From contig QPMI01000015.1 of assembly GCA_004431415.1 (NCBI GenBank), positions 372,001-436,000 of the forward strand: 64,000 bases of DNA, in the 5' to 3' direction. Within the stretch, counting starts at the first letter, position 1. The number at the start of each line of letters is the position of its first letter. Shown here piece by piece: positions 24,900 through 37,283 of this stretch. The notes beneath the pieces were generated by a model. It ran no database searches, had not been told where the DNA came from, and saw nothing but the letters and a program-made list of their open reading frames with translations. The translations under genes were made by a program, and so were the position numbers. This DNA comes from Cyanophora paradoxa CCMP329. Lineage: Eukaryota > Plantae > Glaucophyta.

Positions 24900-25024
24900 C
24901 TGGCCCCAGGCTCCCCGCTGTGTTCGCTGCCGTTGCCCCGCCGTGCCATGCTGAGCTGAGATGTGCCTTGGTGTGCTGCCCTGTGCTGTGCTGTGCTGTG
25001 CTGTCAAACGATCGGCCGCCGCTA

Positions 25025-25806
25025 CTACATGTTTGCCTTCCTCTCCCAGCGCTCCCGGGCAGAGAAGCCCCACGCCAGCTTCTGCCGCGGCTTCTTCTTG
25101 CCCCCCCTCTCGCTCTCCTCCTGCGCGCCAGCGGGCACGCGTCAGCAGGTAACGCAAGCAGAAGGCGAAGCGCTAGCCTCAGCAGGGATCGCTCTAAATC
25201 CGGCACCTGCAGGCGGGCGGCGAGCTGGAGGCGCTCCTCCTCCTCGCGCCGCCGCTGCTCCTCCTGCGCGGCGGCCATCTCGTCGTTCAGCCGCTCCGCG
25301 AGCTGGAAGTCGCCCGCCTTGATGGCCGCGTCGATGCGCGCCTCGATCCCCGTCTGCGCCGCCCGAGTCATGATCAGCTCCAGGCCGCGCTGCACTGGGG
25401 CAGCGCCCGCGCGCCTTCTTCCTCCGCGACTCGAGAATGGCTGATAGCGCCGACATGGGCTCGATCGGGGGGAGGTCTTGCGCTCTCTGGCGTACTGTGG
25501 GAGAGCTGGCCGCCGGCGCCGGTTGCTTCGGGGGGCGCGACGGCTCGGCCGGGCCGTCGGCAGCGCGCTTGCCCTGCTTCTTCTCCGGGCGATTCGAGTC
25601 GGTAGCTGCGAGCGATCACGCATCAGGTGCGCGCTTAGAGGAACGTTGGCAGGCAGGAAGTGAGGCAAGGTTCGCCGCGCACGGCGCTTCTCAGGCTTCT
25701 CTTCGCGCCTGGCCGGCGGCGGTGCCGAGTCGCCCTCCTCGAGCTGCCTGCGCTGCTCACGTAGCTCCTCGAGCTTCCGCCGAAGCTCCTCGAGGCGCTC
25801 GGCCAT
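25025..25806 (-). CDS. FAM204A: FAM204A-like coiled-coil protein
   Basis: IDAAIKAGDFQLAERLNDEM and C-terminal KKKPRQKLAWGFSARERWERKANM*, matching the FAM204A tail (KLAWGFEAKKRWETKSNM). Confidence 0.8.
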
Positions 25807-25877
25807 TCGGCTTGAGCTTCGGCTTTGTACCCCTCACTTGCGACAGATCAAATTTCCAAGAACGAGGGCGTCCGGCA
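25807..25877. promoter_or_regulatory. Putative minimal bidirectional promoter between divergent FAM204A and MYND genes
   Basis: Only 71 bp between the two inferred divergent ATGs. Inferred from gene layout only. Confidence 0.45.
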
Positions 25878-27092
25878 ATGACGATGCGAAACGAGTCCGA
25901 GCTCACGGAGGAGGAGCTTTTTCGCGATGCGGATGGCCTCGCATACTGCCCCAAGCACCGCCGAAACGTCTGCCTCGAAGTGCGGGCCTCAAGCTTGCCG
26001 CGAGCTTGCGTCAAGCTTGACTGAAAGTCGCGCAGTGTATGCAGGAGCACCGTCCGCAGCACATGCTTGCCTACGTGAATCGGGCGCTGGCGCCTGCAAA
26101 GCGCGCTGGCCATTGTCAAGCCTTCGCGAGATCCCTGAAGGAGGAGGTGAAGCGGATGAATGAAATCGTTGCGAAGCACGATCTCGACGCAATGCCGTGG
26201 GGGACGGCGCGGGCGAACGAGCTCTTTGATGAAGCCTGCCCAGGCTCCGTCAAGATCGCGTCGACGTCGTCAGCAGCGTGTTCGGGTCCCTGCGGAAAGT
26301 GCGGGAAGCTGGGCGCAAAGAGCCGCTGCGCCCGATGCAAGCAGGTGCGAATTAGCTAGATCTAGATCTAGATCTAGATCTAGCTATAGCTCTAAATCTT
26401 CAAGCTTTAAGCCGCGCCGGCGCTCGCGCCGTACGTGCGCGCGGCTTCGCGTGCACGGCCGGGCCGGGCCGCGGCCGGCGCGCGCCCGCGCCGCGGCCGC
26501 CCCGGCCCGCCCGCGCCGGCCGCGCCCGCGCGCGGGCTTGATCATGACATTGCGTCAGGTTTTCTACTGCGAAGTCACCTGCCAGCGGGCAGATTGGAGC
26601 CGGCACAAGTCCCTCTGCAATGCAAACGGCCAGCTGCAGCCTCCAGTTGCCGCCGCGGCGGCCGCCAGCGCTAGCGAGCCGCCGCCTGCAGCTGCGCGGG
26701 AGCAGAAACCTCGGGCGACAGCGGCAGGGGGCGAGGCGCTGACATGGGAGGACGTGCGGCGGGGCGGGGGTGAGGCGGTGCCCGGCACGCTGGAGCTGCG
26801 GGCGCAGAGCCGCCCCTTCCCCCTGCGGCACGCGTTCCCGGCGACAGACGCGCAGCGGAAGGTGCACACCGTCTACTTCTACCTCGAAGGCACCCCGCCG
26901 CCCGCCCTGCTCCGCGTCCGCCCTGGCTCCCTTATCCGCTGGCGCAACCCCCGCTTCCACACGTGCGCTGCGCACGTGCACGCCGCACGCAGCTGCTCTG
27001 GCTGAGCTGCAGCGTGCGCGCGCAGCTTCACGGACGGGCAGACCGGCGCGCGGATCGAGGACGGCGACCTCCCTAATATCGAGTGGGATTAA
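25878..27092 (+). CDS. MYND zinc-finger protein (4 exons)
   Basis: CGKC..SRCARCKQ|VFYCEVTCQRADWSRHKSLC is a canonical zf-MYND split by an intron. There is also an N-terminal CPKH..CLEC motif and a C-terminal WRNPRFH|..DGQTGARIED domain; stop TAA at 27090-27092. Confidence 0.85.
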
Positions 27093-27254
27093 ATATTTGA
27101 TTTATCCTGTCTTCCCCTTCTAGATCTAGATCTAGATCTGAAGGATGCATTTGCAATTTAATTGCATATGCAAGCTTGAGCTTTCGAGACTTCCATTCGC
27201 CCTCTCCGAGCTGCTCACGCGCGATTCGAGCCGAGATACTGATATAAGCCGCTG

Positions 27255-28090
27255 GCCGCTGCCGCCGGCGCCGCACGCGGGGAGGGGGCCGGGAGATAGG
27301 GGAAGGGGGAGGGGGGGGCGGGGGGGAGCTGGCGGTGGCGCCGGCGCCGGCGGCGCTGCTGCTGGGCCCCGGCGAGCGCGGCGCCTTCACCCTCGCCTGC
27401 ACGCTCCGCCGCCAGCGCGCCTTCCGCTGCGCCCTCGTCGCCGCGCCCCCGAGCGCGCTTGGCGCCTCCGCGTCGCCGGCGAGGGCGCCGCCGTCGCCCT
27501 CGGGCCCCTCGCCCGCGCCCTCCTCGCCGCCCTCGCCCCGGACCCCGCCTCCGCCCCCGCCGCCGCGTCCGTCGCCGCCCGGCCCGGGCTCCCGCGCGGG
27601 GGCCCGAGCCGGCGGTGGCGGGCGCGGCTCTCGCGGCGGCAGCTGCGGGGGCGGCAGGGGCCCCTCGCCCTCCCCGTGCGCCTCGCCTCCAGCCCCGCCC
27701 CTCCGTCCCCTCCTCGGGCGCCGCCAGCCCCGCCCCGCCCCGCACCCCCAGCCGCCCTCCTGCGCCAGCGTCGAGATCCCCGCCCCGGCCCCGTCGAGGA
27801 GGCGGGCCCCAGCCCTCTACCCCTCCCCTCTGACACGCCCCCTGACACGCCTCCGGGGGTACAGGTGGTCGCGGACGTGCTGGAATCGCTGCTGGTGGCC
27901 CTCGCGGGGGTGGCCGGCCCCGCCGCCCCCGCCGCCCCGCCGGCGCCGCCGGCCCTCGCCCGCGCCCGCCGCCTGGCGGACGAGGCGCGGGAGAGGGCGC
28001 GGGCGGCCCTCCGGCCCGCCCTCCCCGCCCCCGGCGATCCCGCCGTCGACGCCGTCCTCTCCTACGGCCCCTCCGTCCGCCCCTTCCATG
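27255..28090 (+). pseudogene. Isolated GC-rich gene fragment retaining an intron (no start, truncated)
   Basis: Coding-like GC-rich block with a putative intron (~27801-27864) before VVADVLESLLVALAG..., abrupt AT-rich borders, and a diverged second copy at 37284-37780. Confidence 0.5.
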
Positions 28091-28520
28091 GCCCACGCTC
28101 GCCAGCAAGCGTGATAATTTCGAAGCGGTAGCTCGAATTTTTAAGAGCCTCGGGATCGCTGTGTGCGATGCGATGAAGCATGATTGCCGCTCTTTCAAGT
28201 GTAGCCTTTCCTTGCCACTGGATCGGATCGATCGCGAGCCGCTGAGCTGTTCATGAGCGGCAGCTGGTGGGGCCCCCAAAAAAAACAAATTGCTCGGATA
28301 GGTCCGGGATCCGGCCAGGCAGGGGGGTACGTTGGGGCACTACGTATACACCCCGCCGTACGCGTAGCCTTGCCGTGGATGTCGTCGACCGAATTGCTCG
28401 GGCGCGAGCGCTTCGCCGTCCTGTCGACATCGCGCGCGCTCGTCAGCTTCCGGATCCGCGGCCTCTCGCGATCGGGTGAGGAGGAGCAGAAGATCTAAAC
28501 CCTGGGCTGAGCTTCCTGAC

Positions 28521-31500
28521 TCAGTGGTCATGATCATGAGTTTCGAGGCGACGGAGCAGCTCGTCGCGAAGCTGCCGGACCGCGATCCCGCGTTCGAATT
28601 CGCGCCCTCGTTCAAGCGCTAGCGCGCCTCGCTCGCCTTTCGCGCCTTCGACCCCGCCGAGATCCCCGTGCGCGCGGAGGCTCGCCATCTTCTCGAAGCT
28701 CGAGCGGCTGACGGACAGCGTGACGGCCGACGTCTCCACCCTCCTCCTGCGCATGCACCAGCATGCAGGTATTTATTTAAGCGGCATACAAGTACAGGAA
28801 ACAGGTATTTGTAGGCAACGATTAACAGGATCCTGCAGACGAGTGCTGTATTTTTGCGACTATCAACTAAAACGAAAGCGAAAGCGAAAGCGAAAGTGCA
28901 GGAGCGCTAGTTTGGTCATGTACGTATACGTCACTAGCTATAGTGCTGCAAAGAACCGGACGTCGACATGCAAATGTGCATCGACTAATTTATTGAGTCT
29001 CGTGCTCAAAACTAAGAACAATGAGACTCTAGCGAACTACCAGGATCATCGGATTCATTGGTGCCCTTCTTTTTTGCGAGCGCTCAAGCTCGAGCCAAGA
29101 GCTGCTTATGCATTTAAATGAAAACCGCGAAAACAGCCGTTATGCCGAGGGCAATGCCGAGTAAATCCTGAGGACAAATCACTTCAGGCGAGCTTCCGAA
29201 GTTCGTTCCAAAACGTCATACGTATGAGAAGAGCTCACCGTAAAAGCGTGTACATGCGTTGAGGTTGCAGCGCTCGGCCAGTACGGCACATTAGTGGTTG
29301 ATCCCGTGGGGGTCCATGTGAAGGCCTGCTCGGAAACACACATCGCATGGAGCGGATAGGAAAACCGAAGTTGCAATTGACAGCCCACTGGGCCACGCAC
29401 ATTCGCAAAAACGACCGGAGCAAACGGGGCCTGACCGGGGGCAGCCTCGATACGAACGTTGTACTGCAAGGAAACATTGACATCAGAATCTGAAGGCGTG
29501 GTGGCAAATTGGTGCGCGGGATACAAACCGGCGTGTTTGTCGAGAAGAGCAAGTGGCGGCGCGCAATTTTGGGAGCCTCTGTGATACATGCATTAATATC
29601 AGCATGCCTATAGCTATTTGCGATGCTCTGAATTCAGCGGTCGGGTTTGCAATCGATTGCGGCGCGCGCACTGAATTTAAGAACGACATTCTGGCCAGTT
29701 CCCGTAACGCTCACATCCGTGGCTTGGATCTTGTTTCCAGCGTTGTCGGTGATATAGACCACGACCAGCTGGTTAGGCTGGTATACGTAACAGGAATTTA
29801 ATTTACAGGAGTTGGATCCAGATTGTTTTGTTACATATACAAGAAAAGCGGGACCTGGAGGATGCCGACGACTGGGATTGTGATCACTTCGGAAGAACCA
29901 CTCTGCAGATTTGAATACTGATCAGCTGCAGTTGACTGACGGCATGTGACATATATGGGTGACATTTTTCAAACTCACCTGAGGGGCGGAAGCGACGGGG
30001 GCGGAAAGGGTAAGTTTGTAAACGATAACACCATTGCTCTCCTGCCGAAATGTAAGGAAAATGGAAGCGAAAAATTGCGGAACACGATCTCGATCCCACC
30101 GTCTCCTTTACAAACTGTGAAACGTTGAACTGCAATATTCGAAGTCAATGCACTGATCATAATCGCGATCGGTGCCTTTGAGAGATATCTATACGAAAGA
30201 ACTCAGGTCGAATCACGCGTACCGATTTGCCGCCTATAACTACGGTCGCTGTGGAGCCCGAGGCGAAGATTTCCTGCAGAAGAGAGGATTCAATTTTGAT
30301 AAAGCGAAATGAATAAACGCGGTGATTCCGAACCAGCGGCGGTGCTACAGCGCTAGCTGCAGCTGGCGAAGGCGACGGCGTAGTCGCGGGGACTTGCGAC
30401 GACGGTGCCGAGGTCGGAGTGGGAGTCGCGGCGGCCGGGGGCACTTGGCTGCAACGAGCGTGCACGTGCACGTGCACGTGCGCACTCATAATCAATGTTT
30501 CTTGCAATTGATGTGACCGTGGGCAGGTGTTCAGCATCAACAGCAGTACCTCGAGGGGCTTGGGGTGGGCGAAGAAGCTACAACAGCAGCTGCAGGACTG
30601 GGCGACGGAATGGCCATGGCCATGGGCGACGGGCTGGCCGTGGGCGACGGGCTGGGAGAGGGGCTCGGAGTGGGTGGCACCGGAACGCAGTTCACTAACC
30701 ACGATCATGGCTCGTCAAATTCGAAAAAGAAAGAAGCTGAAGAGTGAAACAATACAGGGGGGATCTTTGCGATCGCGATCGCACCGACTCCCGTGGCGTT
30801 GAAGCCGGCTTCGTTGGCGCTTGTGTCGGACTGGAACATCAAAAAGATTTTCGCCGACGAGTCCGTCGTGGAGTACGTTGGGAGGGTGCTGCCATCGATG
30901 ACGCCGCCCGGCGACGGCCCTACGCCAGTGATCGCGGACAAGTTCTTGGCAGTGTTGTCGAAGACCTAAAAGAGTACATGCACATCTATATCAAAAGTAC
31001 GTATACTAAGAAAGGAAAGCGTTACTGATATGTTCGAATTCAATGTGGCGCGGCGGCGGCGCGCACGTGAGCATTATCGCACATGGGGTTGCAGTCATAT
31101 TCGACGGCGAGGTTTGCGAACGAAAGCGTCACGTTGCTATCGCTGGCGCAACCGGCCGGCACTTCAAAGATCCTGCGTGACCATCATGATCATCACGTAT
31201 ATATGCGGCGATTCGTATTGTGTATGATGGGAAACGCGCGGACCAAATGCCAAAATCCTGGGCCTGATAAGGCCCGAAGTTTACGGAGGCCGTAGTGTCG
31301 TACTTAGAAGTGGTAAATCTCTGGACGTCGGAGATAGCACCCGATGTCGACGGATCGAGAGGCGGTGCGGCCGTTGGCGTCGCTGGCAGGGAGCCCGAGT
31401 CAGAGCATGCACGCGCACACGATCTAACATGTGCGGCGTGGGCCGGGCGACTTACATCCGACCTTGGCGATGCTCCAGTAGCGGGTTGAGATACTCTGTG

Positions 31501-32161
31501 TGCCGAAGGCGTGCCACAAGAAAACAATCACGTTCTGCGATGACGAGGCCACTGTGGTTCCGGCGGTTTGGAAGCTGCTTCCGATGGCCATCAGAGCCGG
31601 CGGGGAGACTCCAATGTCCACAATCTGCAATATTGCGTACGCGTGCGCATTGTCATTCTTTGCATAAAGTATACGTAGATGCAATTCTTTTTAATGTGCC
31701 AGCGCACCTTGATGGAGGTTCCATTGAAGCCAACTGGAGTCGTAGAACTCACGACCTCTACCTGGACGACCTGATCCGCCGGGGCCGTGATGGTCCTGCG
31801 CTTCGGAAATGGCGTTAACGTTATCGATATCCTAACAGCACATCAATTCGATTTGGAATTCGATTACAGCACATGTTCAACGTATGCTGTAGCTATCTTT
31901 ATAGAGGAGGTATATGTATATCAACGCAAATATAAAGCTTGGTTAAAAACGCAGGACGCACCACGCATAGTTACCGTACAAGCTGGCACTGTATTCCAGT
32001 GTGATGTTTAGCCAAGCGGGCGTTGACGACGCAACGAGCGCTGCCGGCTGTGTGCTGTCTGCCGAGAGCTGACCGTTGACCACCGGAGCAAGGATGCATA
32101 CGGCCGCGGCCGCGTAGAGGAGAAGGGCCACGCAAGATTTAGATCTAGAGGCGCTCGGCAT
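28521..32161 (-). CDS. Secreted/membrane protein with CUB-like domains and a Pro/Ser/Thr-rich stalk
   Basis: Signal peptide MPSASRSKSCVALLLYAAAAVCILAPVVNG. Spliced exons GPYQAQDFGIW|IFEVPAGC..VTLSFANLAVEYDC and IFLMFQSDTSANEAGFNAT fit the CUB consensus. (SP/TP)n linker at 30.35-30.68 kb; hydrophobic segments near 29.15 and 28.8 kb. The 3' end is uncertain. Confidence 0.6.
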
Positions 32162-32672
32162 ATGCATGGTGAGCGGCGCGATACACAATGGCTGTGGCCA
32201 CGCGCTGTACATATGCATGTACATGCGCGTCGAATTCGAAGCCCGACGTCGACCGCCGGTCTATATCGATATCTGCGCACAGATCTAGAGTGCGTGTGGA
32301 ATCACTGTGCCACGGTGGATCGATATCTTCTCAAGTACCCCTGAGTCGCCCTGACCCGGCTGCAGCTGAATCCGGGCTGATCGTCGACTGTACCGCAGCC
32401 GCCGGCGCCGGCCGGTCGACGTCGACGTCTCCCTGCTAGCGCTCCGGATCCCGGAGCCTCCGGGCTGCCTGCAGGCTGCAGCCTGCAGCTGGCGCAGCGA
32501 CGGCACTCGCTGCTGAATCTCTGGATCACTGACACATGAGTGAGTCTGTGTCGACTCTGTGACTCTGTGAGTCGATCATCATGGCATGCGCATATGCATC
32601 ATGGCATGCGCATGCGCGGCCGCCGGGCGCAGCCTCGCAGGCCGCGCGCGCAGCTCAGCGGCTGTCACAGTA

Positions 32673-32895
32673 CTGTGGGAATGCCGCAGTGCTTATTTAG
32701 CCGATGTTTTATATTGCCGTAAATTGCCGAGAGGCCGAATTCGGCAATTTAGCATCACGGCAATTGCTTGGAGGGTAGGTATTTTTCTAGCCCGCCATAG
32801 ATCAGACTCTGGATTCGGCAATTTATCGCCACGGCAATTCCAGTTTTGGTCGAATTCGGCAATTTAACTACGCGGCAATTTAAGCATTCCTACAG
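32673..32895 (+). mobile_element. MITE copy 1 (Tc1/mariner-like ends, TA flanks)
   Basis: TA|CTGTGGGAATGC ... GCATTCCTACAG|TA (11/12 inverted match); subterminal AATTGCC/GGCAATT repeats. Confidence 0.75.
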
Positions 32896-32953
32896 TACTA
32901 GCCTAGTAGTGTGAGTCTGTGACTCTGTGTGACTGGTAATGTATCATAGTATA

Positions 32954-33182
32954 CTGTAGGACTCCCGGGATTGCTTAAATTGCCTTGCCGAATTCGACCA
33001 AAACCGGAATTGCCGTGGCGATAAACTGCCGAAACTCCGAATTTGTTCTACGGCGCCATACAGAATCGGCCGTTTTGCCCTACCGGTACCCCCCACAAAT
33101 TGCCGCGGTTCTAAATTGCCGAATTCGGCCTCACAGCAATTCACGGCAATTTAAAACATCGGCTAAAAAAGCATTCCTACAG
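32954..33182 (-). mobile_element. MITE copy 2, inverted relative to copy 1
   Basis: Begins TA|CTGTAGGA and ends GCATTCCTACAG. Its reverse complement aligns with copy 1 over most of the length (tttagccgatgtttta.attgccgt.aattgc.g.gaggccgaattcggcaatttag). Confidence 0.75.
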
Positions 33183-33488
33183 CCCAGTATATACGTAAAT
33201 TAAGTAACGTAATGCGGCCGCTGATCATGAGCTAGCGCTGTACTAGCCTGTACAGCCTGTACATGTATATAATACGATATATACTGCTTCCGGAGGCTGG
33301 ATCCGGATCCGGAGGCCGGCCGGGTGGATCGATCATCGATTCACCAAAAACAAGGATCGATCATGGATCATCGGATATCTTCTCGGGTACCGGACCTACC
33401 GTGTCACGGTCCGTGTGGGACGGTGTGGCACTAAATTACCGCGGCATAAATTACCGCGTTAGAAACTCCGGCCCGAGGGTGGCCAAAA

Positions 33489-33732
33489 CTTTGCTTCGAG
33501 TTTTTTGTCTGTATGCCCCCTGGGCAGCCCGGCCCCGCAGTGCTGGTACATGTCTAGAGACTTCGAATCCCGCGGCCGCCCGCTCCACATAATTCCGATC
33601 GATCATGTCCCACCTTGCCTGTATACGCCCCCGCAGTGCTGGAGTAGACTATAGCTAGAGGCTGTGGCCGGTAATTCACCAAAAAAATAGAGACTGTGGC
33701 CGGTAAATTGCGGCGGTAATTCACCAAAAAAA
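33489..33732 (+). mobile_element. 5'-truncated, rearranged non-LTR retroposon 3' ends with target-site duplication
   Basis: Contains the same terminus (..tatgccccctgggcagccc..cgcagtgctgg..agactgtggccggtaattcacc-An) as 34524-34961, flanked by the direct repeat AGGGTGGCCAAAA at 33476-33488 and 33733-33745. Confidence 0.65.
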
Positions 33733-34148
33733 AGGGTGGCCAAAATACCGCGGTATACGTACCAAATTAATTACCGCGTTTCAAAAAAACTTGAGGCTTG
33801 CAATTGTACATGTATGGGGCGGTACTTTTGGGGGGTACTGTATGAGGCGACTTGCCAGCAGAGAATTACTATACCGGGTAGCTAGTACTAGTAATGGGGC
33901 GACGTCGACTACCGTACCGTCGTCGGCGTAGTACTAGACTAGCCTAGTAGTACTAGTATCTTAGTAATAAAATTAGCTACCGTAGTACCGGTCTCCCGAG
34001 TCCCGCGGCCGGCCCGGCTGGTCCGATCCCGGACTCCCGGGTGCGCACTGCGCAGCCTCGAGCTCGAGCTCAGCGCAGGCCGCATGCGCAGTGCGCATTG
34101 CGCACTGCGCAGTGCCGCAGTACTAGTGCTGCAGTAGTGCATATGCAT

Positions 34149-34270
34149 GGCAGGCTTGTCTCATTCTGGCCCAGTGGGCGCCGGCAGGCTTGTCTCATTC
34201 TGCACATGTACAGCCGGGCGCCTGGCAGGCTTGTCTCATTCTGGGCGCCTCCCGCCCGGGCTTGTCTAGA
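34149..34270. repeat. Short tandem repeat GGCAGGCTTGTCTCATTCTG x3 plus a partial copy
   Basis: Copies at ~34149, ~34182, ~34224 and a partial at ~34259. Confidence 0.8.
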
Positions 34271-34523
34271 TCTAGATCTGCAAGCCGAATACAAGCCGGG
34301 AACTGTAGTATACAGGCTATGCCTTCATGCCGGCAGCCGGCGGCAGGTACGTATGCCGGCGATTTGGCGGCTAGCCATGCCGGCATGGTCATGTCATATA
34401 TAATGCCGACTTTTGCGGCTTAGTCTACTGTACATCATTCAGTACATGTAAGTCGGGAAATATTTAGTATACTGGATCTTTATATAGTACCAAAGTTTTT
34501 TGGCCCGACTACTAAAGTTTTAT

Positions 34524-34961
34524 GTGTCCTGTGTCCTCCTCGACCTCGTGCCGTAGCTCTGCCCTTTCGCATCGTCCTGCTTCGCCTCCGCCTCCACGTC
34601 GTCTTGTTGTTCCTCTTACTTGTCTGCTTCCTGTTATTTATCTTTCTCAATTTTGTCCTCCGCTTCTTAGTGATGTATACGTAATTCCTTCCGATATTGA
34701 TGGTCTCTCTAGCTCTGTCTCTTCTTCGTGTCAGTCATCCAGGACTCATCCTCTGTCCCTAGATCTGCTCGATTTTTCGTCTCTTCTCGATCTGTCTCGG
34801 GCTCTGTGTCTTTTCTTTTTTATTGTCGATTTTGGCTCTTTGTCTTATCTTTCTTCGTGCTCTTGTCTTAGTTATTTTGCTTTTTTGTCTTTATGCCCCC
34901 TGGGCAGCCCCCGCAGTGCTGGTGTCTAGAGACTGCGGCCGGTAATTCACCAAAAAAAAAA
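34524..34961 (+). mobile_element. Poly(A)-tailed LINE/SINE-type insertion (438 bp) with a 14-bp TSD
   Basis: TACTAAAGTTTTAT at 34510-34523 and 34962-34975 brackets a pyrimidine-rich insert ending ..ggtaattcacc-A10. Confidence 0.8.
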
Positions 34962-36104
34962 TACTAAAGTTTTATCGTATACTAAACCTGAGGTGCTGGC
35001 CATGGGGGGGTATACGTACGCAGCGCAGCTGTAGTTGCAGCGCGGGAGAAGCTAGCTATAGTGCGAGGGGGCCGCCGGGCTCCCAGACGCTCCAACAGAT
35101 CTAAACCCCCTAGCGCGCTACTAGGCCGCCCCCTTCTAAAGGCCGCTCATGATCAGCTTCTAAAGCGCTCCGCGCGGCCAACTCTTAATTATTTTCAGCC
35201 TACTAAACCGACCAAACCTGGGGATTACTAATTATTTTGGGGACTTGAATATTACCCGAATTACAGTATGGCATAATGCCCAATTTTGACTGACCGGCCG
35301 GACGGCCCGGACGGTGGCCCGTCGGTGGGCCGGACTCCGGGAGCCGCCGGACCCCTAGTGGTCCCCTACCGGTAGTAGGTCCGGTACCGTACGCGTGGCC
35401 GGCAGTGATGGCATTCTTTCTAGAAACATTTTTTAATTCTATTCCAGGAATAATTCCTAGAATGATTCCTGGAATGGTGCTTGGAACGCCGGCGCCGTTC
35501 TTTCAGGAATTGTTCCGAATAAGGGGGGGTACTTGTTCGTGCGCGGGATTTTTCGCCAGAACGCAGCACACATGTACAGCGTCCAGCAGAGCGCGCCCGC
35601 ATCGCAAATCGATGTCTGGTGAGAACGAGGGCTCATGATCAGCTGGCCTGCCCGCAAGCTTTTAAGCGGCCTGCCCGACGACGTCGACGACGACGTCGCC
35701 GAGTCGACATGTCCGGATCCACGTACAGCTGCAGCTCGAGCTCTCTGCTGCACCTTACAATTAAGCTTCGAACGCATGAAAGTTCGGAACTTTGAAAAAA
35801 GGAAGTTTGGACTACCCGAGGAAAGATATACTACCCGAGTTTGGAGATCTAACGGGTACATATTACAAAATACGTATACGTACCGGTACCGGTACTGGTC
35901 GGTCCGATAGAGATCTAGACTTACCGACCCCCCCCCCCCCAGGCCCCCACCCCTTGCTAGCTGGGTATAGGTTTACTAGGTCTTCGACTCGCCCCCTCCC
36001 CCTGCTCGTCTCAGGATGTGCAAGGTGGGGTCTAATTATAAACTACAGACTCTGAAAGACAGCATCTGAAGGTAGCAGCTGAACGTTCGCTAGGCGTAGG
36101 GCTG

Positions 36105-36580
36105 GGCCGCCCGGCGGCAAGCCGCGCCGCCGCCCGCCGCGCCGCCGCCCCGTCCGGCGAGCCGCTCCGCCGCCCGCCGCATCCCTGCCCCGGCTGCGAG
36201 CCTCGGAGCCGCGCCGCCGCCCGCCGCACCTCCGCCCCGTCCCGTGAGCCGCGCCGCCGGCGCCGCCCGCCGCCTCTCCGCGCCGTCCCGCGAGCCGCGC
36301 CGCCGCCCGCCGCCTCTCCGCGCCGTCCCGCGAGCCGCGCCGCCGGCGCCGCCCGCCGCGCCTCGTCCCCTGTCGGCGAACCGCGCCGCCGCCCGCCGCG
36401 CCTCCGCCCCCGCCGGCGATCGCGAGCCCGCGGCCGCGCCGCCGCTCGCCGCATTTCCGCGCCGTCCCGCGAGCCGCGCCACCGCCCGCCGCGCCTCCGG
36501 TTCCGCCGGCGAGCCGCGAAGCCGCCCGCCGCGCCTCCGCCTGTTGCCCGCGGCCGCGCCCCGCCCTGGCGAGCCGCCCA
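36105..36580. repeat. GC-rich minisatellite (about 35-45 bp unit, CGAGCCGCGCCGCCGCCCGCCGC..)
   Basis: About 10 imperfect copies seen directly. Confidence 0.75.
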
Positions 36581-37102
36581 CAGCAAATGCCTGCTGAGAC
36601 TCATCGATATCTACGACTGTACCAGCTGCAGCAGCTGCCCGCTGCGCGCCTCCGCCCCATCCGATGATCAAGCGAGCCGCGCAGCCGCCCCGCGCTGTCC
36701 TGCGTCCGGCGAGCTGCCAGCGGGCCGCCTCGCAGCACCTCCTGGCCATATGCACGCGCACCGACTGCAAGGCATCCGTCATGACCGCCCATCGCCCGGC
36801 GCTGCGGCCGCGGCATCGATTGCGCGGCGCGCGGCGCGGCCATGTCATGCATGTGCGCGGCGGCCATGTCACGCACGAGCTGCGCTGCGACGGTCGCGGC
36901 CGGTTCGGGCAGTACTAGTTGCGGCGGGTTCGACGGGCCGTTGCGGCGGCCGCGGCGCGGGTTCGACGGCTATCTAGCTAGGAGCTAGCTGCGCGGCGAC
37001 AGTGAGCCGACCTATCTAGCTATAGCTAGGAGCTAGCGGCGCTGGCGGGCTGGGGTACTTCAAAAACATTTCGACGACGAGAAAAAGACCGACTTGCAAA
37101 CT

Positions 37103-37178
37103 GGCCGGCTTGGACAAAAGGACAGACAATCCGACGGGTAGCAAGGGGGGTTTGAGCAGCTGACCCCCCCTTGCAATT
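37103..37178 (+). repeat. Dispersed repeat copy A with terminal stem-loop
   Basis: ggccggcttggaca..gacagacaatccgacgggtagcaa-G6..agctga-C7-ttgcaat; shared with 44027-44124. Confidence 0.7.
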
Positions 37179-37283
37179 ACTGCATGCAGGGCATAAGCTG
37201 GGTAATTCAATGATTTAAAATCGATCGGGCAGCTGCGGGCGAGCGCAGCGCCGGCTCTAGATCTCGCGGCGGCATGCGCAGCG

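Noticed and set aside
26353-26395. (AGATCT)n and TAGCTA palindromic runs here and in intergenic DNA as specific regulatory sites
   Set aside because: They are ubiquitous low-complexity filler with no positional consistency.
34149-34270. Repeat-spacer pattern resembling a mini CRISPR array
   Set aside because: Only three 20-bp units with short, related spacers, eukaryotic context and no cas genes.
35415-35530. Short TTCC(A/T)GGAA inverted and tandem motifs as a further MITE or heat-shock element
   Set aside because: No clear paired termini or TSD, and no adjacent gene start to support a regulatory call.
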